Below, piece after piece: positions 1 through 7,967 of a stretch of 64,000 bases of DNA. Origin of the DNA: Candidatus Eiseniibacteriota bacterium (lineage in GTDB: Bacteria; Eisenbacteria; RBG-16-71-46); NCBI GenBank assembly GCA_963717505.1, contig OY970342.1, positions 3,008,001 through 3,072,000 of the forward strand, given 5' to 3'. The translations under genes and the position numbers were made by a program. A model generated the notes under the pieces. That model was not told the origin of the DNA. It saw nothing but the letters and a program-made list of their open reading frames with translations, and did no database searches. Each line of letters opens with the position of its first letter. Within the stretch, counting starts at the first letter, position 1.

Positions 1-7
1 GGCGCTC

Positions 8-1195
8 ATGCCGGTCGACGACCTGGCGCGGGCGTGGTATGCGGCACACGGCCGAGAGACGGATTGGAAACGATTCGGCGACGATTCCGTCACGGAAGAA
101 CCGTTCGAGACGATCCAGCTCGAGTCGATCGAGCCCTGGTGCTATCGCTCGGGCGATCCGAGTGAGCGTCGTCGAGTGCGTCATGCCCACGGTTCCCGTG
201 TCGAGGCCGTGGTCATCGGCCCGGGCGCGGGCGAGGCCGATCTCGACTGGATGATCGCCGCCCTGGCCGAGCGAGCGATCGCGAGCGACACGCGTTGCTT
301 CCTGGTGCCGGGCAGTCGGCGTGTGCTCGACGCCGCGCGCCGGGACCCGGCGCGACGCATCCTCAATGCCGCCGGCGTTCGGCTGGCCTCGAGCCCGGCG
401 CTTCCCGGGGGCCGGAGTTCGTACCGTGGTCGGATTCTCTACTTCGGGGTTCCGGTCGCGGACCGTCTGCCCTTCGGAGACGTGGCCAGCCTGCAAACCT
501 GCATCGCCTCGGCCGCGGCCGGCCAGCTGGTCGATCCGCGCGAGATGGCGCCGGTGGAAGTGTCGCCGACCACCGCGCCTGCGAATGGGCGCTCGAGCGT
601 GCTGCCGCCCGAACCGTGGTCGGGGACCGGCGCTCTGCTGCGGCCGGTTCAGCCGCCGCGCCGGCTGATGGTCGCGGCGCGCTTCGGCGACGATCTGACC
701 ACGAACGACGTCGTCGCCTGGGGACCTCGGGCGCTGTTGCTCGACCCCGGCGCGTTGGCGCAGCGGGCGCTGGCCGGTCGTGACGCCGGGCTCGCGGCGC
801 GCATGGCGGGCGCCGGCGGCAGTTGTATCGTCGCACGTCGCGAAGCGCTCGCCGGTCCGCGCTGCGAGATCGCGGCCTGGGTCCTGGCTCGGGCCGGCGT
901 GCGCGTGGTCGCCGCGCAGTCGTTTGCCGCGGGTGCTTCTCGCCACTTGGCCGCCGCCGGAGTCCTGGCGCTCGAGTGGCCGCGCGACGGTCGCTGCCAG
1001 CTCGAGCCCGGCGACGAGATCGAGTTGGCCGGCGGTCCCGAGACCCGGGCGGGAGGCGCGTTCGTCACGGTTCGCAATCTGGCGCGCGGCTCCCAGGAGT
1101 TGCATCGTCACGACCTGGATGCCCGCTGGGCGGCGGTGCTCCGGGCCGGCGGACTGATTCGCCACGTGAGCACCGTGGAGCTGGCGTCCAAGTGA
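8..1195 (+). CDS. Aconitase-like protein, C-terminal part with swivel domain; Fe-S ligands absent; probably begins upstream of the window
   Basis: Aligns by eye with aconitate hydratase: IQLESIEP, VEAVVIG, LVPGSRRV, AAGVRL, GQLVDPR, FGDDLTTNDV (cf. GDNITTDHI), GVRVVAAQSFA, GGLIRHV. The GSCTN and CGPCIG cysteine motifs are missing. Confidence 0.7.
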   Translation: MPVDDLARAWYAAHGRETDWKRFGDDSVTEEPFETIQLESIEPWCYRSGDPSERRRVRHAHGSRVEAVVIGPGAGEADLDWMIAALAERAIASDTRCFLVPGSRRVLDAARRDPARRILNAAGVRLASSPALPGGRSSYRGRILYFGVPVADRLPFGDVASLQTCIASAAAGQLVDPREMAPVEVSPTTAPANGRSSVLPPEPWSGTGALLRPVQPPRRLMVAARFGDDLTTNDVVAWGPRALLLDPGALAQRALAGRDAGLAARMAGAGGSCIVARREALAGPRCEIAAWVLARAGVRVVAAQSFAAGASRHLAAAGVLALEWPRDGRCQLEPGDEIELAGGPETRAGGAFVTVRNLARGSQELHRHDLDARWAAVLRAGGLIRHVSTVELASK

Positions 1196-1223
1196 TCATC
1201 GCGCGTCGAAACGAGGTCCAATA

Positions 1224-2228
1224 GTGTTCGTCGACCAGGCACGGATCGTGGTACACGCCGGGCGCGGCGGGGCCGGCAGCATCAGCTTCCGCCGCGAGAA
1301 GTACGTGCCCAAGGGTGGCCCCGATGGCGGGGACGGAGGCAAGGGCGGCTCGGTGTGGATCGAGTCCGATCCGCACGTTCGAACGCTGCTCGATTGCCGG
1401 CTCAAGCACGAGTACCGCGCCGAAAACGGCGCGCCCGGCTCGGGCAATCAGCGCACCGGGGCCGATGGCGAGGATCTGATCGTGCGACTGCCGCCTGGCA
1501 CCGTGGTGCGCGACGCGGAAACCGGGGAGCCAATCGTCGACCTGGTCGCGGCCGGCGATCGAATGCAGGTGGTGCGCGGCGGCCGCGGCGGCCGAGGCAA
1601 CGCCCGCTTCGCCACGGCCACGAACCAGGCCCCGCGCCGCGCCGATCCCGGTGAGACCGGAACCTCACGCGCGCTCGAGCTCGAGCTCAAGCTGATCGCC
1701 GACGTTGGATTCGTCGGCCTGCCCAACGCCGGCAAGTCCACGCTGCTGTCCCGCGTCACCCGGGCGCGGCCCAAGATCGCGCCCTATCCGTTCACCACAC
1801 TCGAGCCCAACCTGGGCATCGTCGTGCTCGACGTGGAACGGCAGTTCGTGGCCTGCGACGTTCCCGGCCTGATCGCCGATGCGCATGCCGGCCGCGGCCT
1901 CGGCCTCAAGTTCCTCAAGCACCTCGATCGGTGTCGCGTCCTGGTCGTGCTGGCGGATGCCAGCGGCGAGACGCCGCGCGCCGACGTCGACGTGGTCCTG
2001 CACGAACTGACCGAGTATGATCCGGCGCTCGCGGCGCGCGCGCGACGGATCGTGCTGACCAAGGCCGACTTGCTGGCGCCCGAGCTGCATGCCGGAGCGT
2101 CGGCGCGCGTCGGGCTGCCCGCGGCGCGCCTGATCAGCGCGCATTCCGGCGAAGGAATCGAAGAGCTGCTCGAGGAGCTGTGGGCCGATCTCGCTCGCGA
2201 GCCGGCGGAGGCGGATCATGACCGATGA
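1224..2228 (+). CDS. obgE: GTPase ObgE/CgtA
   Basis: MFVDQARI, FRREKYVPKGGPDGGDGG, G1 GLPNAGKST, YPFTTLEPNLG, DVPGLI, TKAD, SAHSGEG. Confidence 0.97.
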   Translation: MFVDQARIVVHAGRGGAGSISFRREKYVPKGGPDGGDGGKGGSVWIESDPHVRTLLDCRLKHEYRAENGAPGSGNQRTGADGEDLIVRLPPGTVVRDAETGEPIVDLVAAGDRMQVVRGGRGGRGNARFATATNQAPRRADPGETGTSRALELELKLIADVGFVGLPNAGKSTLLSRVTRARPKIAPYPFTTLEPNLGIVVLDVERQFVACDVPGLIADAHAGRGLGLKFLKHLDRCRVLVVLADASGETPRADVDVVLHELTEYDPALAARARRIVLTKADLLAPELHAGASARVGLPAARLISAHSGEGIEELLEELWADLAREPAEADHDR

Positions 2229-2877
2229 TCGCAACGGGCCGCGGGACGCAGATGCGCTGTCGTCGCGCTCCCTGAACCAGAAGCGCGAATATGTCCGCGA
2301 CCTGGCCCGCCGCGACGACGAGCAGGCGCTGGCCTCGCTCACCGAATGCCTGTGCGACGAGTCGGCGTACCTGCGCGACCTGGCCGAAGCCGAGTTTCCG
2401 AAACTCGGCGATCGCGGCGCGCGCGCAGTGTTGCCGTTGCTCGACAGTGGATTGTGGTTCACGCGCACCAGTGCCGCCCGGATTCTCGGTCGGCTCAGCC
2501 ATCGCCCGGCAGTCCCCGGCCTGCTCAGGTTGTTCGACGACGCCAACAGTCTGGTCGCCGAGGTGGCACGCGACTCGCTGATCGCGATCGGCCGCCAGGG
2601 TGGCGCGGCTCGGCTCGCGCACGCGCTCCATCGTCTGGCTCCCGAGGTGCGGCGGCTCCGCCTGGAATCCCTGCGTGCGGCGGATCGTGGGCTGAACGAT
2701 CGGCTGCAACGACTGATGCGCAGCGAAGAGCTGATGAACGTGGCCGACATCGACGCGCTGGCCGACGACAGTCCGTCGGTCCGGGCCACCGAAGAAGGCG
2801 TCGAGTGGGAACTTCTGACCGGCCCGATCCCACCCGCCAAGCCCGACGGTGAAGTCCGCGGTGGGGAACGCGGCTGA
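2218..2877 (+). CDS. HEAT-repeat protein
   Basis: Repeated helical units (LCDESAYLRDLA, LDSGLWFTRTSAARILG, FDDANSLVAEVARDSL); overlaps the obgE stop. Confidence 0.7.
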   Translation: MTDDRNGPRDADALSSRSLNQKREYVRDLARRDDEQALASLTECLCDESAYLRDLAEAEFPKLGDRGARAVLPLLDSGLWFTRTSAARILGRLSHRPAVPGLLRLFDDANSLVAEVARDSLIAIGRQGGAARLAHALHRLAPEVRRLRLESLRAADRGLNDRLQRLMRSEELMNVADIDALADDSPSVRATEEGVEWELLTGPIPPAKPDGEVRGGERG

Positions 2878-3748
2878 CGCGATCGTCGCCCACGCGCCAG
2901 GGGCAGTCGGGAACCGAGTCTTGTCCCGGCTGCGCGACCTGGCGGATCCGCCGGAGTGGCTGTTCGTGCGCGGCGGATTGCCGGACGCCGAATGCTGGGT
3001 CGCGATCGTCGGATCGCGTGCCGCCACGCCGTACGGACTCACGGTCGCGACCCGGCTCGCCGCCGACCTGGCGCGGCTCGAGCGGCCGATCGTGAGCGGG
3101 CTCGCGCATGGGATCGACGCCGCCGCACACGGCGCCGCACTCGACGCCGGTGGTCGGACCGTGGCCGTACTGCCGGGCGGTGTCGACACGGTGGTGCCGG
3201 CCTTTCACCGCGAGCTCGCCGCGCGGATACTGGAGAACGGCGCGCTGGCGAGCGAGTACGCGTCGGGACCGCCGTTCGGCCGCGGGGCATTCGTGCGCCG
3301 CAACCGATTGATCGCAGCTCTGGCCTCGGCGGTGGTCGTGGTCGAGGCTGCGAGCCGGAGCGGAGCGCTTTCGACCGCGCAATTCGCCTTCGACCTCGGA
3401 CGCCCGGTGCTTGCGGTTCCCGGCGACATCGATCGGCCGACCAGTGCGGGTCCGCTGCAACTGCTGCGCCGGGGTGCGCGCCCGTGCGGTGGCGTCGCCG
3501 ATGTGCTGGCCGCACTCGAGGTCGCGCCGGCGGCGCCGGTCGAGTCGAATGCGCCGGTACCCGCGGCCGGCGTCGAGGGAGCGCTGCTCGCTCGACTCGA
3601 CGACACGGCGCGCACCGTGGACGAGCTGGCACGCGTGACGGGGATCGATCTGCCGGCGGCACTCGATGGCTTGCTCCGTCTCGAGTGGTCGGGATTGGCT
3701 CGTGCGCTGCCCGGCGGCCGCTGGCGTCGCGACCCGATCGACGCATGA
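2849..3748 (+). CDS. dprA: DNA-processing protein DprA
   Basis: VAIVGSRAATPYG, IVSGLAHGIDAAAH, FVRRNRLIAAL, VVEAASRSGALSTA, C-terminal winged helix; exact start uncertain. Confidence 0.93.
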   Translation: MKSAVGNAADAIVAHAPGAVGNRVLSRLRDLADPPEWLFVRGGLPDAECWVAIVGSRAATPYGLTVATRLAADLARLERPIVSGLAHGIDAAAHGAALDAGGRTVAVLPGGVDTVVPAFHRELAARILENGALASEYASGPPFGRGAFVRRNRLIAALASAVVVVEAASRSGALSTAQFAFDLGRPVLAVPGDIDRPTSAGPLQLLRRGARPCGGVADVLAALEVAPAAPVESNAPVPAAGVEGALLARLDDTARTVDELARVTGIDLPAALDGLLRLEWSGLARALPGGRWRRDPIDA

Positions 3749-4656
3749 GCGCGAGCCTGTCGATTCGGAATGGCGGCGAAGCGCTGCTCTTGCAGGCGAT
3801 CGCTGCGGGCTTTCGCGCCGCCGGGCCGCGCGGGTCGTTGCGCGTGGGCGAATCCCTGGGGAGCCTGGCGCGCACGATCGGGCTGCGGGCGCGCGTAGCG
3901 CGCGACAACCTGCGGCACTCGTTTCCGGAGAAGAGCGAGCCGGAACGCGAAGCCATTCTCGCCGCCCACTATCGCGAAATCGGTCGCATCGTAGCCGAGT
4001 ACCCGCGCATGCCCGAGCTGGCGCGCGCGCCGCGCGGCGTGGCTCTGGTCGAGCTCGAGGGCCAGGAACACCTCGAGGCGGCGCGCGCTGCGGGTCGTGG
4101 CGCGGTGCTGGTCTGCGGTCACTATGGTTTCTTCGAGCTGGGCGGGGCGTTTCTCGGGCAGATTCATCCGGTGTCGTTCGTGGTGCGGCCGATGCGCAAT
4201 CCCCACGTCGAGGGCTGGGTGACCCGTCTGCGTCACGGCGCGGGCATACGAACCATCGATGCCGGCTCGGGCATTCGCAGCGTCTACCAAGCGCTGCGCT
4301 CCAACGAGTGGGTGGCCATGCTCGCCGACCAGGACGCACGGCGCACCGGAGTGTTCATTCCCTTCCTCGGGCGGCCGGCGAGCACGGCGATGGGTCCCGC
4401 GCGCATTGCGCTCGCGACCGGTGCGGCGGTGATCATGGGCCGCATGTTGCGGCGCCCGGACGGACGACACGACCTGCGAATCGAACCGCCGCTCGCAATG
4501 CCGGATGCCAGAGCCCCCGAGGCCGCCGAACAATTGACGGCGACGCATGTCGCCGTGCTCGAACGCTGGATCCGCGAACGACCCGAGCCGTGGTTTTGGC
4601 TGCATCGTCGCTGGAAGACCCGACCCTTGGGAGAGGCCGGACATGCATCACTTTGA
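3745..4656 (+). CDS. Lipid A biosynthesis acyltransferase (LpxL/HtrB family)
   Basis: ATG at 3745 overlaps the dprA stop (ATGA), in the frame of track ORF 2956..4656. Motifs NLRHSFPE, GHYGFFE (HxxxxE), MLADQDA, PFLGRPA, PEPWFWLHRRWK. Confidence 0.9.
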   Translation: MSASLSIRNGGEALLLQAIAAGFRAAGPRGSLRVGESLGSLARTIGLRARVARDNLRHSFPEKSEPEREAILAAHYREIGRIVAEYPRMPELARAPRGVALVELEGQEHLEAARAAGRGAVLVCGHYGFFELGGAFLGQIHPVSFVVRPMRNPHVEGWVTRLRHGAGIRTIDAGSGIRSVYQALRSNEWVAMLADQDARRTGVFIPFLGRPASTAMGPARIALATGAAVIMGRMLRRPDGRHDLRIEPPLAMPDARAPEAAEQLTATHVAVLERWIRERPEPWFWLHRRWKTRPLGEAGHASL

Positions 4657-5080
4657 GCTGCGGGTGCGCTATGGCGACACCGACCAGATGGGCTTCGCCT
4701 ACTATGCGAACTACTTCAAGTGGTTCGAGATCGGCCGCGCGGAGATGTTGCGATCGCTCGGCCGCAGCTATCGCGAGGTGGAGGAGCACGGCGTTTCGCT
4801 GCCGGTGCTCGAGGCCGCGTGTCGCTACCTGGCGCCGGCGCGTTACGACGATGCGGTCGCGATCGAGACCGGGGTGATCGAGCTGGGGCGCGCGCGGGTG
4901 CGCTTCGGCTATCGAGTGTTGCGGGTCGGCGAAACCGATGCGATCGCCTTCGGCCACACCGACCACTGCTTCATGGGGCGCGACGGTCGTCCCATGCGTC
5001 CGCCGGCCATGCTGTCCGAGGTATTGACCGCGGCGCCGCGGGCGATTGTGAGCGCCGACGGATCGGTCGCTCCAGCTTGA
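4643..5080 (+). CDS. Acyl-CoA thioesterase, YbgC/4HBT family
   Basis: LRVRYGDTDQMGFAYYANYFKWFEIGR; ATG at 4643 after a purine-rich GGGAGAGG. Confidence 0.9.
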   Translation: MHHFELRVRYGDTDQMGFAYYANYFKWFEIGRAEMLRSLGRSYREVEEHGVSLPVLEAACRYLAPARYDDAVAIETGVIELGRARVRFGYRVLRVGETDAIAFGHTDHCFMGRDGRPMRPPAMLSEVLTAAPRAIVSADGSVAPA

Positions 5081-5240
5081 GACGGACTCCCCGGCCCCCG
5101 GAGCAATCGACGGCGGTCGTGTTCCCTGCCCCGCGGTGGGGGTGAAAACCCTCGAACCGGCGGGGATGGCTGACGCCTGCCGAGATCGGGCCGCATGCAC
5201 CGCATGAGAGGGCGCCGATAAGGCGCTGTCGGACAGCCTG

Positions 5241-7229
5241 TTGTGGTACCAGCAGGCGATCGCAAACGGGCCGGATCCTTTCGACCCTGTGGCATGGCGA
5301 TTGCGGCCTGATGGGGCAGGAGATCCCGACCATGCCCCCGTGTTCCACGCCATGAGCAAAGGCCCCGAACCGAACTCGACCCATCATGGCGTTTTTGGCA
5401 CTGCGCCGCTGGATCCGGCGGAGCGACTGGCGACGATGGTTTCGATCGAAGGCATCGAGCGCGCGATCCTGGCGTTCGCGGTTCATCGCGACGGCGGCGG
5501 CTTCGAGCGCGCGCATCTCGTGCTTCACGATCCCCACCTCGACGAACTCGTAGCCTGGACCGGCGTGGTCGCGAGTGCGTCCGCCGAGACTCTGGATGAG
5601 GCGATGGTGCGCGCCGCCATGGCGCCCGACGCCGCGGGCACCGAACCCGGACGCCGGCGCAGCGTGCGCTGGAAACCCGACGAGCTCGACGGTCTCGCGT
5701 CGCAAGCCTGGCAGGAGGGAGTCGCACTCGGCGACGCGGCCGGAGCGAACGAAGCTTCATCGTGTGAAGCGGCCTTGCGGCTCGAATGCGGCTCGCGCCG
5801 CCACGGATTGTTGCTCGGCGCATGGACGTCGGGTGAAGAGCTCGAAACGCGTTGCGAACGCGTGGAGCGCATTCGACGGAATGCAACGCGGCTGTTGGCC
5901 GCCTGGTCGCGTCACGAAGCCGCGCGCCGCGCCACGCGCCAGACGGATGCACTGGCCGAGCTCGCGCGTTGCGGCGTTTCGAGCCACAACGTGGTCGAGC
6001 TGTTGCACGACGCGCTGCGACTGGTCGCGGCTGACGATGCGGCGAGCGGGGTCGCCATTTGGAAGACGGAATCGGCTCCGGGGCGCAGCGAGCTACAGCT
6101 GTCGCTGACCGGTGGCACGCCGGAGTCGCGCGAACGGGAAGCGCGCTCCCTCGAGCCCTCGGCGCTCCGCGCACTGCGTTCGGGCCAGGGCACGTGGTGC
6201 GATCAGGTGGTAGAGGGGCAGCCGGCGTTTGCCGAGGGCGCGATCGCGCGACTCGCGATGCTGCCACTGATCGCGTACGAGCGAGTGGTCGGCGTGCTCG
6301 CGGTGTGGAGCCGCGCCGGTGCGCGTCCGGATCGCCCCGGTCCCTGGTTGCCCGCGGATCGCGCGTTCCTGTGCGGCGTCGCCGACCTGGTGGCCATGGC
6401 GTTCGACCAGGCCGAACGGTTCCAGCGACTGCGCGATGCCGAGCAGCGCGCCGACGAACTCAAGCGTCGCCTGCGCCGCATCGAGCGCATGGCCGAACGC
6501 GGTGCTTCGGCGATCGCGGCCGCGGAGGCGGCACGCAATCCGATGGTCTCGATCACCGCGTTCGCGCGAAGGCTGCAAAGCTCGTTCGATGCCGCCGCAC
6601 CCGAGCGGGAATACCTGGACGTGGTGTTGCGCGAAGCGGAGCGGATCGAACACCTGCTCGACCATCGGCCGGCCGCCGCTGCCGAGCCGCCGCCGGAACT
6701 CGGCATCGAATCGCCGAACCGGCTGGTCCAGGAGGCGCTGCAGCGCCATGCCGAGACGCTGGTCCGCCGCCGCGTGCGGTTGGTGAAGAAGCTGGCCCCT
6801 GACGTTCCGCGACTCAGGGTCGATGCCGAGCGCGTGCGCGAGGCGGTGTCGGCTCTGCTTTCGCGTTCGCTGGACTCGGTGGCGGTCGCCGGTCGCATGC
6901 GGGTCGAGACGCGGCGTTCGCAGGGTTGCGTCATCGTCGAGATCGCCCACGACGGTCCTCGGGCTCCGGGGGCGGCGCTCGAAGATCTGGATCGCGTGTT
7001 CGGACCCGACAGTTGCGGTGCGCCCGGGCTCGAAGCCGCGCGACGCATCGTTGCCGACCATGGCGGTGAGCTGCGCGTGCGCTCCGAAGGCGAATGGAGC
7101 GCGATCATCGGCCTGTCGTTGCCTATTCTCGGCAACGAGGATCGACGGAGAGAGAGCGATCGGCGCGGAGGAAGTCGCGACCGCCGACATCCACCGACCG
7201 CACACGCCGCGCATCCCACGCGCGGTTGA
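5241..7229 (+). CDS. GAF-domain histidine-kinase-like protein with degenerate H-box and ATPase boxes (putative pseudokinase); real start may be ATG 5352 or later
   Basis: GAF signature (MLPLIAYERVVGVLAVW...ADRAFLCGVADLVAMAF), coiled coil, DHp-like AEAARNPMVSITAFARRL, HATPase-like RRIVADHGGELRVRSEG. Confidence 0.8.
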   Translation: MWYQQAIANGPDPFDPVAWRLRPDGAGDPDHAPVFHAMSKGPEPNSTHHGVFGTAPLDPAERLATMVSIEGIERAILAFAVHRDGGGFERAHLVLHDPHLDELVAWTGVVASASAETLDEAMVRAAMAPDAAGTEPGRRRSVRWKPDELDGLASQAWQEGVALGDAAGANEASSCEAALRLECGSRRHGLLLGAWTSGEELETRCERVERIRRNATRLLAAWSRHEAARRATRQTDALAELARCGVSSHNVVELLHDALRLVAADDAASGVAIWKTESAPGRSELQLSLTGGTPESREREARSLEPSALRALRSGQGTWCDQVVEGQPAFAEGAIARLAMLPLIAYERVVGVLAVWSRAGARPDRPGPWLPADRAFLCGVADLVAMAFDQAERFQRLRDAEQRADELKRRLRRIERMAERGASAIAAAEAARNPMVSITAFARRLQSSFDAAAPEREYLDVVLREAERIEHLLDHRPAAAAEPPPELGIESPNRLVQEALQRHAETLVRRRVRLVKKLAPDVPRLRVDAERVREAVSALLSRSLDSVAVAGRMRVETRRSQGCVIVEIAHDGPRAPGAALEDLDRVFGPDSCGAPGLEAARRIVADHGGELRVRSEGEWSAIIGLSLPILGNEDRRRESDRRGGSRDRRHPPTAHAAHPTRG

Positions 7230-7255
7230 CGCCCCTTCGCGGGCCGTGGCATCCT
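7226..7255 (+). promoter_or_regulatory. Putative sigma70 promoter for tRNA-Phe/tRNA-Thr
   Basis: TTGACG (7226-7231), 18 nt, TG-g-CATCCT (7250-7255). Confidence 0.45.
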
Positions 7256-7298
7256 GGCGCGTCGCTTTGTCTTTGCTGCGCGAGAGACCTCGCGACGT

Positions 7299-7374
7299 GC
7301 GACCCTAGCTCAGTTGGTAGAGCACGTGACTGAAAATCACGGTGTCCCCAGTTCGATTCTGGGGGGTCGCACCA
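7299..7374 (+). tRNA. tRNA-Phe(GAA)
   Basis: Cloverleaf: acceptor GCGACCC/GGGTCGC, D-arm GCTC/GAGC, anticodon arm CGTGA-ctGAAaa-TCACG, T-arm CCCAG-TTCGATT-CTGGG, encoded CCA. Confidence 0.97.
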
Positions 7375-7429
7375 TCCTGGAAACGGGACCGGCGCGACAC
7401 GCGCCCCGCGGTTCCGCACCCGTTTCGGA

Positions 7430-7505
7430 GCTGGTGTAGCTCAGCTGGTAGAGCACGTCACTCGTAATGACGGGGTCACCGGTTCGATTCCGGTCACCAG
7501 CTCCA
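7430..7505 (+). tRNA. tRNA-Thr(CGT)
   Basis: Acceptor GCTGGTG/CACCAGC, anticodon arm CGTCA-ctCGTaa-TGACG, T-arm ACCGG-TTCGATT-CCGGT, encoded CCA. Confidence 0.97.
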
Positions 7506-7967
7506 TTTTGACTGCAGTGTCCGCGAATCCCCTTCATTTTCCGAATGCACCCGTCTGGATGCCGCCTGGGGAAGATAACGGCGTCCGAAACCTACCGGGT
7601 GGGCACACTGCCTTGGACCTCATCGAGGGTCAGCCCCCAACGCCGAACCCGTCCGTCGACTGCGACTGACTGGGGGGGGCAGACGTCGCCGAAAGGGCTT
7701 GCGAAAAAAACAACTTGACGGGTTCTAGCGGAGGATCAGCAGGAGCTCGCCGATGGTTTCGTGACGCCGTATGTGCGCGTTCAGGTTGGGTTGCAGCAAT
7801 CGAACCCGTCTCCCATCGACAAAAAGCGTGCGGCGCACCATGGTTTGCCAAGCCCGGGCATCCCTGAGCGTCGAAAACACGTGTGCTCTAATAGGTGAGC
7901 CCCAACGGGTCGGATTGTGGATCCGGCCGCAGCATCAGGCTCGCCCCCGAGTCAGGAAGTGCGAATC
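7506..7967 (+). other. Long, comparatively AT-rich, structured non-coding region upstream of the HNH gene (candidate ncRNA/leader)
   Basis: Largest intergenic gap in the window. Stems GGATGCCG/CGGCGTCC (7557-7586) and GGTGAGCC/GGCTCGCC enclosing GGTCGGAT/ATCCGGCC (7894-7945). CGAACCCGTC occurs twice (7644, 7801) with the complement GACGGGTTC (7717) between them. Confidence 0.4.

Noticed and set aside
5110-5185. Resemblance to fluoride or c-di-GMP-I riboswitch fragments (..GCTGACGCCTGC..)
   Set aside because: The required 5' consensus and pseudoknot pairing could not be built; kept only as an unassigned structure.
7380-7426. Hairpin GAAACGGG/CCCGTTTC between tRNA-Phe and tRNA-Thr as a separate ncRNA
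   Set aside because: More simply an ordinary tRNA-operon spacer or processing stem.
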